Shown piece after piece: positions 52,996 to 63,548 of a DNA stretch of 64,000 nt. Under the pieces are notes generated by a model that was not told the origin of the DNA, did no database searches, and worked only from the letters and a program-made list of their open reading frames with translations. The DNA lies in the NCBI RefSeq assembly GCF_054482525.1, contig NZ_CM137006.1. The stretch is one strand, 5' to 3'. A program made the translations under genes and the position numbers. The stretch's first letter is position 1; each line of letters opens with the position of its first letter.

Positions 52996-53822
52996 TACAG
53001 TCTGTGGTTCTGAATCACCAGCCTGTGGTTCTGAATCAGATGTTCCAGGACAGCCTGTTGTGTTGTTTTCAGTTCTCTGGTCAGTCTGTCCAGAGTACGT
53101 TTTGCATCTGATGATATTTTAACGTTGATTTGTACCCGCTTATCTTTTTTTCCGTCGGTAAACTGTTTTCGGAATGCATTGTGCATCTTGTCGAAAAATT
53201 TTTCTTTTGCGGCAACCCCATAGTGAAGTACTTTTGGCTGCTGTAAGTATGGTGTATCTGCGGGGAATAAAATTTTTAGTAAAACTACGATAGCAATGTA
53301 TCTTTCGTTATCACTTACAGGATAAAACCAGGAAAGATACGTGTGCGGGATGCGTGCATTGATATATTTCCATGCCCATTCGAGTTGTTCTGTATTCTTT
53401 TTAAGCCATTTGGCTTCGTTTCTCTTTTCGATCTGCAGCCAGTTTTGATGCATTGTTGAGATGAAGCAATCTGATTGATTGTCAAGGATTAATGCATTAA
53501 TCCATTTGCTTATAACATCCAGTCTCATTTCATGATCTGAAGGAATTGTTGTTATGGGTATACTCCCCGCAGGAATCAGCCCCATCATGGCTGTATTGAA
53601 CCCTAATTCATTACGAACCCCAAGGAGTTTGGGATCTGTGTTAATTATAACTAACCAGAACCAGAATGCTGCAATTTCATTTTTTTTAACCCATTCAGGT
53701 ATGTGATTATCTGTCAGTTGTTTATCATTCAACAAATACTCAATTGTTTCATTTTCCCAGCTATATCCATTCACGTTATAACCATCTTCATATTGTTTCA
53801 TCTGATTACGCCTCAATCGCAT
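52992..53822 (-). CDS. Hypothetical protein B (unknown function) with C-terminal ribbon-helix-helix-like segment
   Basis: Low-GC ORF; C-terminus ...VKISSDAKRTLDRLTRELKTTQQAVLEHLIQNH; alternative starts at 53801 or 53915; 3' end overlaps gene A by 4 nt. Confidence 0.5.
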   Translation of the reverse strand: MRLRRNQMKQYEDGYNVNGYSWENETIEYLLNDKQLTDNHIPEWVKKNEIAAFWFWLVIINTDPKLLGVRNELGFNTAMMGLIPAGSIPITTIPSDHEMRLDVISKWINALILDNQSDCFISTMHQNWLQIEKRNEAKWLKKNTEQLEWAWKYINARIPHTYLSWFYPVSDNERYIAIVVLLKILFPADTPYLQQPKVLHYGVAAKEKFFDKMHNAFRKQFTDGKKDKRVQINVKISSDAKRTLDRLTRELKTTQQAVLEHLIQNHRLVIQNHRLY

Positions 53823-54494
53823 TCTCTTCTGGTGATTTTCACTATCACATGGAAATCGAATATGCAAGGAAGTTAACAAAAAAACATTGCATCCGGACTT
53901 GTGTTCAAAAAGCAATCACTTCAAGGCTTGATCACTCTGTGAGATGCTGAAGAACTATTCTCTAACTATTCACGATCTATTCTTGATCTATTCATAATAA
54001 ATTAAAACATGCTATCAACTACTGCTCATATCCTCCTTGGGTGTGTCGTTGTACTGTTCGACTGTTCTTGTGGTCAGATTAACAATCTGAAGAGTAAAAG
54101 CGACAGTAATCTGTCTGTTATAGTGGCGATAAAAACACTGAATGCGCATCCTGTATGTGAAATCCTGTCATGTGGAGCAGTAAGCAATGACAGGCATGCA
54201 TGTTATATGTGAAGGGGGCCGGGAGACGACATAATCAGTATGGCTGTCATTCTGGTTGTAAAACGCGATCACTTTCCGGGGGTAAAAGATGATATGGAAG
54301 CTGACAAACGGTTTGCTTCGGATTGTCTTTTCTGGGGCCTGAAATACGGGGACAGAAAAATAATTCCAGAGTAAATCTGCTCCGTTTTCAGAACAAAAAT
54401 CCCCATGCTGGCCGTGAAAAACTGAAACGAACATTCAGTCTGCATGAGTGTCTGAAGATGTTGAGAATGTCGGTATGATACTATATACACATGT

Positions 54495-54700
54495 TTTTAT
54501 TAAGTGTTATATACATATCTTTTTAAATAGATAATTCTACACATATTTTACTAAGTGTTTTTACTAAGCATTTCAGTAAGTGTTATACACGTATTTTCTA
54601 CTAAGTGTTTTACCAGACATACACATGTTTTCATAAACAATTCTACAAGTGTTTTCATTAAGTATTGTTATACACATTGCTTTGTCTGATACACATCCAG
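54495..54700. repeat. Iteron-like array of TAAGTGTT / ATACAC motifs
   Basis: At least five (C)TAAGTGTT copies at about 22-25-bp spacing, interleaved with ATACAC; inside a 1.6-kb ORF-poor region between hypothetical B and the Gp2-like gene at 55552. Confidence 0.5.
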
Positions 54701-55506
54701 TTTAGTAAACCTGTCAGTCCTGTTTTTACGTTAACTAAAATCAGCTTAATGCTACTACAAAACAATCTTTCCTGTTTAAGCAATCAATATGATATTCTAT
54801 TTTTCTGATGTTACATTTAACCTTTTATGAGTTTTCGTGTTTTTAGTCGTTAACCTGAGACAAGTGTTTTTATGTAAAACGCAAATCCGGCTGAGATAAC
54901 CTGGCGTGATTTACTGTGTGCTTACGATGATTTTGTTAAATGGTTTTATGGATGATTTTGTAGCGATAAGATTGATGAGATGATTAACTGGCCCTGGTGT
55001 TTTTTCTCAGTGCAAGGTGATTATCTTCATCATAAGGCTCTTTTCAGAAAAAGCGTGATGATTGGTTCTGGTGTTTTGATTCAGATGAGATTTACGTTAT
55101 CGATGGTTAATCGTTTTTATGGTGTGTTGAAAAGTAACGTTTTCAGGATAAGAAAATCGATTCTGATGTTGGTGGTTTTTGTTCTCGGGGCAGGGTTATC
55201 TGTAAACAGGTTTTAAACGCGCTATTCGGCTCTGTGATTGAGTTTTGTGGTTAAGCTGTAGGTTTTGGTATTGTTGTTGATTCACAGCAGCAGAAAGCGT
55301 TCTGATTGCGTTTTTGGTGTTTTGTTTGCACGTTCTGTTGATCCGTTTCCCTTCGGGCTTTGTAGTTTTTAAAAACCATTTATGCCGTTGTTGTGTGTTT
55401 TACCCTGCGTGTAGGTTTATCTTTTCTTCGTGGGGGATTCATTCTGTTTTAATCAGGAGCCATTGGCGTTGCTCAATGGCGGGATGCCGTAAAGTTTTAC
55501 CGCAGT

Positions 55507-55544
55507 GATTAATGATGTGAAGTCAATCCAAATCAACGGAGATC
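55507..55544 (+). promoter_or_regulatory. Conserved ~35-40-bp element GATTAATGATGTGAA...CAACGGAGATC (copy 1)
   Basis: Near-identical core to 61295-61327; ends 8 bp before the Gp2-like gene start at 55552. Confidence 0.4.
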
Positions 55545-55551
55545 TCTCATC

Positions 55552-56283
55552 ATGAATCAACCAATACACAATGCTTACTGGTTATCCCGTTTTGACAGCC
55601 TTCTCGACAGTGCCCTAGTGCAGCACCGTGCCGTCTCGTTAATTCGGGTGGATTTACGTTTTCCTGAGTATATGCCTGCCACTATTATGGATACCGATTT
55701 AGATTCAGCAGTGATTTCTCGTTTTTTCGAATCCCTGAAAGCAAAAATTCAGGCTTACCAGCGGAAAAAACGACGTGCCAACAAGCGTGTGCGTGCAACC
55801 ACTCTGCGTTATTTCTGGTGTCGGGAGTTTGGCAAGGAAAAAGGCAGGAAACATTATCACGTGATATTACTGCTCAACAAAGATACCTGGTGCTCGCCAG
55901 GGGATTTCACCGTTCCTTCTTCGCTGGCGACGCTGATCAAGCTGGCATGGTGCAGTGCTCTGCATCTCGAGCCCTGGCAGGGTAATGGACTGGTTCATTT
56001 TTCCAGGCGGACGCCTTTCCGTAAACCGACATCATCTGATGCTCGCCCTTCTTCCGATGATACGCCTTTGTCGGGTGGATGTTCTGAAACCAGGAAGGCT
56101 TCAGACAAAAAGCCGGGTGAAGCCGCTGTTCTCTGGGTCAAGCGTGGTGATGTGGAAGCGATGCAGAAAGCCATGGAGAGAGCCTGTTATCTCGTGAAGT
56201 ATGAGACGAAGCAGCATGACGGTTCTGGGCAACGTAATTATGGTTGCAGTCGTGGGCCGGGGCGTCTACTGGATGGCAGGTGA
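55552..56283 (+). CDS. Gp2-like protein (YfjJ/YagK family)
   Basis: 243 aa; VSLIRVDLRFP...RKHYHVILLLNKD...CYLVKYETKQ family pattern. Confidence 0.75.
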   Translation: MNQPIHNAYWLSRFDSLLDSALVQHRAVSLIRVDLRFPEYMPATIMDTDLDSAVISRFFESLKAKIQAYQRKKRRANKRVRATTLRYFWCREFGKEKGRKHYHVILLLNKDTWCSPGDFTVPSSLATLIKLAWCSALHLEPWQGNGLVHFSRRTPFRKPTSSDARPSSDDTPLSGGCSETRKASDKKPGEAAVLWVKRGDVEAMQKAMERACYLVKYETKQHDGSGQRNYGCSRGPGRLLDGR

Positions 56284-56392
56284 GCCCTGTAAAACGGCAT
56301 CCGGTGCCTGAGCATACGTCACGTAATTAACTGTCTTGACCAACAAAATTATGGAGTAACCTGATGGCAGGATTCATTACATTTCTTTGTTC

Positions 56393-57034
<642 letters not shown>

Positions 57035-57051
57035 TATTGCCCATTCTTGCT

Positions 57052-57094
<43 letters not shown>

Positions 57095-57467
57095 TGGCTC
57101 AGCGTATGCGCCATTTGCTTACATATGGGCTTAAACCCTAAGGGGCCCCAGGCTGCATACGCTTTGCCAAATCTGTTCGCTGCTCATGATAACGAAGAAC
57201 CAGGATACAAGGTGGAAGATCCTCAACGCTCAGGGGCGCAATGTTCCCTGTGTTTCATGCCCCCATCGTTTGTTGCTGTGGTGCCAGACTTCTGAGGCAC
57301 CTCCATGTCGTTTTGCTTTTGTCAGCATCATAAATGCGTCGGGACTGGTGAATGGATACAAGCCATTTTATTATCGACGTCAGCGAACATACTCACAATG
57401 TCGGTATATTTCTGAACTGAACAGTAAGTTTTGCGTTGATTACAGTATGCGAAGGAGGTCCATTACA

Positions 57468-59072
57468 ATGAATCCCGATTATGTGCAATCCTTGCAGACA
57501 TCCCACCACTTCCCAGCTGATTTAACCTACAGATTATTTCCTAGTGAGCTTGCGTATCTCATTGACGACTTATATGAAAGTACCCAACTTCCGTTGGAGC
57601 TCATTTTTAATACTGTACTGGCAACGCTCTCACTCTCCTGTCAGTCATTGGTTGACGTTGTTCATCCTCACACCAACATGCCGGAACCCTGCTCACTTTA
57701 TCTGTTGGCAATCGCAGAGCCAGGCGCGGGAAAAACAACGATAAACAGACTGGTGATGAACCCCTGTTACGAATTTGCCGATCGACTCATTCAACAATAC
57801 GAAGAGAGAAACAAAGATTATAAGACTGAACTACAGATCTGGAATACCCGGCAGAAAGCGCTTGCTGCCAATTTAAGAAAGGTTGTTAACCGGGGGTATC
57901 CGGGGGAACAGGAAGAAGAGGCGCTGCGTAATCACGAAAGAAATAAACCGACACGTCCGGTTCGACCGAATTTTATCTATGAAGATGTTTCGCTTAAAGC
58001 GCTTGTGGAAGGGCTCAATGAACATCCTGAGGCAGGGGTTATTTCTGATGAGGCGGTCACTTTTTTCAGAAGCTATCTGAAAAATTATCCGGGCCTGTTG
58101 AATAAAGCATGGAGTGGGCAACCGTTTGATTTTGGACGGGCTGACGAGAAATACCATATCGCGCCACGTCTGACATTTTCGTTAATGTCTCAGCCGGATG
58201 TCTTTACGAATTATATAAATAAAAATGACGTACTGGCGTGGGGAAGCGGATTTCTTTCCCGGTTTCTGTTCAGTCAGGTTGTAAGTTCTTCCTGGATACG
58301 TGATTATACGAGAGGTGAGTTCAGAACAATATCAACCCTGGAGAACTTTCATAAAAAGATTAACGGATTCCTGTTAAACCACAACATTAATTTCCCCGGC
58401 ATGAGCACCGAAAGGAAGACATTAAAACTTGCGAAGAAAGCGTTGGGGGAGTGGCAGGAAAACCAGATTAAGATTGAAAGAAAAGCGCTTGCAGGCGGGG
58501 AGTGGGAACACATCAGAGATATTGTTCTGAAAGCAGGTTCTAATATACTGAGGATAGCTGGAATATTCACCTGCTATTGCTATAAAGATGCTGAGGAAAT
58601 TGAATCAATTGCGCTTTTTAAAGCTATGCATCTCATGGACTGGTATCTGGAGGAGGCGAGCACAATATTTTATCCCATGTCTGCACGATGCCAGTTTGAA
58701 CAGGATGCCTGTGAACTGTATGCATGGATTATGACCCGAATAAGGCAGAATAATTGGCGTGCTATCAGGAAAACAGACATTGAAAGATATGGTCCCAATC
58801 GACTGAGAAGAGCAGAAAAACTTACACCTGTACTCAATCAGTTAATCTGTCAGGGGTATTTATGTATCATCAGAATGCGATCGCATCAGGCACTTTATGT
58901 TTCTGTTTATTGTAACAATGGTTACCTCCTTCCTTTAGGCGCAATGTATTACGAACAGTTTGATATTGTTCTACCCGAGAATATTCATAAAGCGAAAGCA
59001 TATCACGTTAATATTCCACCGGAATTAATTCCGTCATTTGCGTCACCTTTTTCAGAGTATAGCTTATTTTGA
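57468..59072 (+). CDS. DUF3987-like P-loop protein (YfjI-like; putative primase/helicase-associated)
   Basis: Start ATG 57468 behind AAGGAGG (track ORF extends 282 nt upstream); Walker A-like AEPGAGKTT. Confidence 0.7.
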   Translation: MNPDYVQSLQTSHHFPADLTYRLFPSELAYLIDDLYESTQLPLELIFNTVLATLSLSCQSLVDVVHPHTNMPEPCSLYLLAIAEPGAGKTTINRLVMNPCYEFADRLIQQYEERNKDYKTELQIWNTRQKALAANLRKVVNRGYPGEQEEEALRNHERNKPTRPVRPNFIYEDVSLKALVEGLNEHPEAGVISDEAVTFFRSYLKNYPGLLNKAWSGQPFDFGRADEKYHIAPRLTFSLMSQPDVFTNYINKNDVLAWGSGFLSRFLFSQVVSSSWIRDYTRGEFRTISTLENFHKKINGFLLNHNINFPGMSTERKTLKLAKKALGEWQENQIKIERKALAGGEWEHIRDIVLKAGSNILRIAGIFTCYCYKDAEEIESIALFKAMHLMDWYLEEASTIFYPMSARCQFEQDACELYAWIMTRIRQNNWRAIRKTDIERYGPNRLRRAEKLTPVLNQLICQGYLCIIRMRSHQALYVSVYCNNGYLLPLGAMYYEQFDIVLPENIHKAKAYHVNIPPELIPSFASPFSEYSLF

Positions 59073-59092
59073 AATAACCTTACACAGATAAA

Positions 59093-59116
59093 ACAAAATC
59101 AACCAACCTTCATTCG
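59093..59116 (+). terminator. Hairpin CCAACCTTC-ATTC-GGAGGTTGG downstream of the DUF3987 gene
   Basis: Stem-loop 20 bp after the stop; weak T-tract. Confidence 0.3.
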
Positions 59117-60668
59117 GAGGTTGGTGATAAGGCGTTTTGCATATCCTGCACCTATGCAAATGTTCACCAATTATGGGGGGGGAATGAGAATTTCTCTGAA
59201 AAAACCGCTACGGTAGCAACAGTAGCAGCACATGCACCACATCTGTGATTTAATTTTGTTTTCATAATGACCTGCTGTCAGAGCTGGTTGAATACAGGAG
59301 TGTGCGCACTGGTGGAAGCATGGCTTTCGTTTTTTATTGATCGAAAGTGAATCGAAAGATTATTTTTAACATAGATTAAAGCTAATCATTAACCATATTG
59401 TGTGAGTTTTCATATATAACTTCGTTTGATTTTCGTCGTGATGAGTGTAGGTGTATATGATAATGTCGGTCTCTGCCTGAATAACGAATGGTTATCACTG
59501 TTACTGAAAAGAGATGCTGTTCAAGTTTGCATTTCAATAGGAGAGTGAAGAAAAATGATTTGATATTTTTTCTGTAAGATAATGGTTTGTCATGTTCGTA
59601 TTCAGAACGGATGATTTCTTATTTTTACTCATCAAACATGGATAATTTTAATTTAGGTTTATTACTATAATTAGTATCTACCCCTTTATTTATCATCCAT
59701 CTCTGCCCTTCATTTTCCCTCTCTGTCTTTACACATTCCATTACTCTTATTCTCATCCAGTTATATTCACTCCCTTCCTTGTCTAATCTTCATTGTCACC
59801 ATTATCATGGTATCCACCTTCTCCATTCCTCAATCATAACTACTGTAACTCATATGATACTCAGATAAGTTATTCTCTACTACGCTATTGCTGATATCCA
59901 TCTGTTCCTGTTTTCAGTAAAATAATAATTTATTTTAATTTTATCCATCATGAGCTGTATTTGCTTAACAATGATTGTTTATCTGATATGTTTTAACCAT
60001 TCTGGTAAATATCAATACTTCTGTCATCACTGATTAACTGAATGCTTACTCTTTAATAAGGTATCCATTATTCTGTAACGATTAGCCGAGCAGGGTAAAT
60101 AACAGAATTAATAGAGTGAATTTCTGATTGTGTTTGTTCGTTCCTGATTATCTTGTATTTTAAATAAAATGAAAATTATCCATCCATGGTATGTTTCATT
60201 CTGGTACCGTGTACCCGTTAACGTTCATATCTTGAACATGAGTTGTTTTTAACAGATAAAATGAGTGCGTGTAAGTTTATTGGGTTACAGGTATCGTGTT
60301 GGCCTTGTACACGGTTTTTTAGAACCATTGAGAGCAAGTTTGTAATTTATGATGGTGATTAGTCGTAATATGTTTCTTGAACTTCTGATCGTGGGTTTTT
60401 ATCGCATATTTTGCAGTATTTCGTGATGTTTATTGATTCTGTATTTTATTCACTCCTCGTTTATCTCATCTCTTTAGCTAATACCATCAGATAATCCATT
60501 TATTTCTGCACAACGCTACGTGTCGTTAATAACCGACGTATCCATTCTGTTACAGCATGCCTGATAAATACCGTCTGTAAGTTATTACCGTTTTAGATCT
60601 GATTATGAGCGAAAGCATTAATTCGTTTACAGCACTTAAAACGTCATTAACTTTCAGGAGTCATCAGC

Positions 60669-61235
60669 ATGCCTAAATCTTACACACCAAACTGGTTTTT
60701 TACCGCTTTACTTGACAATCACATCAATCAGTTGGTCGCACGCTATTCCCGTCTGCGGGCCTTACGCATGGATTTCTTCTACAGGAAAGATACGCCTGAT
60801 TTCTTACAACCTGATCATCGCTGGCTTGAATTGCAGTTGCGTATGCTGCTGGAGCAGGTGGAACAATTTGAAAATATCGTTGGTTTCTTCTGGGTGATTG
60901 AATGGACGGCTGATCATGGTTTTCATGCGCATGCGGTTTTCTGGCTCGATCGTCAGAGGGTTAAAAAAATATATCCCTTTGCGGAGCGGATTACGGAATG
61001 CTGGCAGTCTATTACGCATAACAGCGGTTCGGCACACCGCTGTACATATCAGCCGCATTATACATACAACATCAACATTCCTGTGCGCCACAACGATCCT
61101 GAAAGCATCGATAATATTCGCGGTGCCCTGCATTATCTGGCGAAAGAAGAGCAAAAAGACGGGCTGTGTGCCTACGGCTGCAGTGAAGTTCCTGAGCGTC
61201 CTGCTGCAGGGCGTCCTCGTAAGCCTCACTTCTGA
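60669..61235 (+). CDS. Gp2-like protein (YfjJ/YagK family)
   Basis: 188 aa; LRMDFFYRKD...HGFHAHAVFWLDR...LHYLAKEEQKDG. Confidence 0.75.
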   Translation: MPKSYTPNWFFTALLDNHINQLVARYSRLRALRMDFFYRKDTPDFLQPDHRWLELQLRMLLEQVEQFENIVGFFWVIEWTADHGFHAHAVFWLDRQRVKKIYPFAERITECWQSITHNSGSAHRCTYQPHYTYNINIPVRHNDPESIDNIRGALHYLAKEEQKDGLCAYGCSEVPERPAAGRPRKPHF

Positions 61236-61294
61236 AGCTTAAGGCCTGAGCCTCCGCTCCTGGAAACACTCCGTCGGTAAAAATCTACCGCCCT

Positions 61295-61327
61295 GATTAA
61301 TGATGTGAACTGAAGTCAACGGAGATC
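61295..61327 (+). promoter_or_regulatory. Conserved element GATTAATGATGTGAA...CAACGGAGATC (copy 2)
   Basis: Matches 55507-55544 with a 3-bp insertion and a 7-bp deletion; lies between two Gp2-like genes. Confidence 0.4.
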
Positions 61328-61518
61328 ATTCACCTTAAACCCACCTCAGGAATTTTACACCTGTCTGGTCTCCTGACTGTCCTGGCATACGACATCTGCC
61401 ATCCCCGGTTCCACGGTTATCACATCAACAATCTCAGTACACGACGCCTTCAGTTTCACCATACGCTCGTCTTTCGCTGGCGGGGATGCGTCGTGCGTTT
61501 CCATATGGAGCATATCTT

Positions 61519-62091
61519 ATGAATGGTATCCCTCATTTCGACTATAGCCTGGCGCCCTTCTGGCCGTCTTATCAGAACAAAATCATCGGTGTTCTCAACC
61601 GTGCGCTGCGTGAACAGTCCTGCTCCCGGGTACGGCGGATCCTGCTTCGTCTGCCGTGGGAACATGACAACGCCTTCAGTGACAGAAAAATCTGGTTCGG
61701 TATGGATTTTATCGAAACCGTCAGTGCGCTGATGAATGCAACACCCGGACGTGACCTCTGCTGGCTCCTGACCCGTCATCCTGAAAAACCGGAATACCAC
61801 GTGGTGTTATGCGTCAGACAGGAGTATTTCGATGGCCCTGAACTGGACCGGCTGATTCTGGATGCCTGGAGCAACGTACTGGGCTTCGCGTCACCGGGTG
61901 AAGCGGCACCGTACCAGAAGCAGATAACACGGGATGTGGTGCTGGACAGTCGTTCACCGGACTGCGAAGACATCCTCAAAGAGTTGATATGGGCGTTCAG
62001 TGATTTCGCCCGCGATCGTCGTGGTGTGCGCGATCCGGAAGCCCGTTACCTCGCCGGTAATCCCTGGTATCCCGTAGCAGGCCAGCTCTGA
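61519..62091 (+). CDS. Gp2-like protein, divergent (putative YfjJ/YagK family)
   Basis: Start ATG 61519 behind GGAG; RVRRILLRLPW...EYHVVLCVRQEY resembles the family core. Confidence 0.5.
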   Translation: MNGIPHFDYSLAPFWPSYQNKIIGVLNRALREQSCSRVRRILLRLPWEHDNAFSDRKIWFGMDFIETVSALMNATPGRDLCWLLTRHPEKPEYHVVLCVRQEYFDGPELDRLILDAWSNVLGFASPGEAAPYQKQITRDVVLDSRSPDCEDILKELIWAFSDFARDRRGVRDPEARYLAGNPWYPVAGQL

Positions 62092-62159
62092 AAACACCGT
62101 TCAGCAGATTAATCCGCATTTGCACAACCTTCATAAATCTCATAAAGGACATTCTGACC

Positions 62160-62396
62160 ATGTTGACCTCAATGACAGGCCACGACAGCGTGTTGCTGCG
62201 TGCTGACGATCCCCTGATCGACATGAACTACATCACCAGTTTCACCGGTATGACCGACAAATGGTTTTACAAGCTGATCAGTGAAGGCCATTTCCCGAAA
62301 CCCATCAAGCTGGGCCGCAGCAGCCGCTGGTACAAAAGTGAAGTGGAGCAGTGGATGCAGCAGCGAATTGAGGAATCACGAGGAGCAGCAGCATGA
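62160..62396 (+). CDS. alpA: AlpA-family transcriptional regulator
   Basis: ITSFTGMTDKWFYKLISEGHFPKPIKLGRSSRWYKSEVEQW; true start may be the internal MNYITSF Met. Confidence 0.75.
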   Translation: MLTSMTGHDSVLLRADDPLIDMNYITSFTGMTDKWFYKLISEGHFPKPIKLGRSSRWYKSEVEQWMQQRIEESRGAAA

Positions 62397-62506
62397 AACG
62401 TGTTGTGATGCCGGTACGCTGGCAATGTGCAAAATGCCGGCGCTGGTATTGCGGAAATCAGCCCTGTCCCTGGTGCTGGCGACATTACCGTTCATTTTCC
62501 TGCTGA
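62393..62506 (+). CDS. Small Cys-rich zinc-ribbon-like ORF (37 aa) coupled to alpA
   Basis: ATG overlaps the alpA stop (ATGA) with AGGAG 7 nt upstream; MKRVVMPVRWQCAKCRRWYCGNQPCPWCWRHYRSFSC has two CxxC pairs. Too short for the ORF track. Confidence 0.35.
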   Translation: MKRVVMPVRWQCAKCRRWYCGNQPCPWCWRHYRSFSC

Positions 62507-62664
62507 CCCTCTCCGGTCAGCCAGCAGGTTGTAGCTCTTTCCTGACTGATTCGTCATTCCATTCACATTGTTTATAACTGGCATTACACCGGTGTTGATG
62601 CGCACCTTCCCGTGTGTCTGCACCGGCTTAACAAAATTCAACAGGGTTTGAAAAGGAACATTTC

Positions 62665-63213
62665 GTGCAAATAACCGAAGCCTTAATTTCAGAGCCGGGA
62701 GACATCCGGCGTTTTGTTCAGCAGGCGGTGGACCACTGGCCGCGTCTGCTGGCAGTCCACTTCACGCTCCATTCGGCTGAAGGAAACATCAACGGGCAAC
62801 AGATTCAGGCATTCTGTACTTCCTTTTACCGACAGGTGCACGAACGTATTACTGAGCGTAATCACACTGCCTGTCCATCCTCGCCGGTGGTATTACGCTG
62901 GTTGCGGGAACAACATGGAGGAGCAACAATACGATGCCTGTTGCTGCTCAGCCAGACGAGCATTTGCCATCCGCGGGCCAGTGCCACGGTTGATGAAGAA
63001 TGTTCGCAACGGGTGGATTTATTGCAACAGACCTGGAAGGTGATAAGCGCTGGCGGACAATGCCAGGTTGAAAGGTGTTTTCGGGTTGCCCGGGGTGATA
63101 CATCTGGCCAGTATGTTGCGTTAAAAACAGTCGCATTGTCTCTGGGGTTACCGGTTGTGATCGCCATTACCCATCGTCCGGTACAGCGCTGTACATTGAT
63201 TACAGCTCAGTGA
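62665..63213 (+). CDS. Hypothetical protein, possibly divergent Gp2-like
   Basis: 182 aa, GTG start; weak pattern similarity (RLLAVHFTLHS...RCLLLLSQ). Confidence 0.45.
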   Translation: MQITEALISEPGDIRRFVQQAVDHWPRLLAVHFTLHSAEGNINGQQIQAFCTSFYRQVHERITERNHTACPSSPVVLRWLREQHGGATIRCLLLLSQTSICHPRASATVDEECSQRVDLLQQTWKVISAGGQCQVERCFRVARGDTSGQYVALKTVALSLGLPVVIAITHRPVQRCTLITAQ

Positions 63214-63231
63214 ATCAGCGCAGTTGTGCAG

Positions 63232-63534
63232 TCAACGAGGTTTTCTGGCTTTTCGTCGGTCATTCAGCATCATTAAACGGGTCTCTGCCTCTTTCTGTTC
63301 CTGTGGTGTCACTTCCCCGCACGGCTGACCGTTCAGGTTGTAACGGGCGCCACCTGCTATTAACGCACGGTAATAGCGCGGAGACTGCACATAAGACGCC
63401 ACTGCTGCATGTAATGTACCAGCGCCAAACGCCAGTTCTCGGATGGCGATATCCTGTATCAGGTCGTCAGGTATCCCCACTTTAAGTGGTTTTGTTTTTT
63501 TCCCGGTTGAATGACTCAGGCCAGAGTTCCACAA
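63232..63534 (-). CDS. Hypothetical protein
   Basis: 100-aa ORF; unknown function. Confidence 0.35.
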   Translation of the reverse strand: MWNSGLSHSTGKKTKPLKVGIPDDLIQDIAIRELAFGAGTLHAAVASYVQSPRYYRALIAGGARYNLNGQPCGEVTPQEQKEAETRLMMLNDRRKARKPR

Positions 63535-63548
63535 GACGAATAATGCGC

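Noticed and set aside
54495-54700. Possible CRISPR array (and likewise 35095-35300)
   Set aside because: Repeat units are 8-22 bp with irregular spacing and no cas genes nearby; more consistent with iterons or binding-site arrays.
54980-55216. 78-aa ORF in the G/T-rich leader upstream of the Gp2-like gene at 55552
   Set aside because: No ribosome-binding site; composition-driven (Phe/Val/Gly-rich).
57186-57467. 94-codon N-terminal extension of the DUF3987 ORF
   Set aside because: No ribosome-binding site at 57186, whereas ATG 57468 is preceded by AAGGAGG; the extension overlaps the IS110 remnant flank.
62281-62577. 98-aa + strand ORF overlapping alpA and the zinc-ribbon ORF in a third frame
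   Set aside because: Overlaps two better-supported frames and has no initiation signal.
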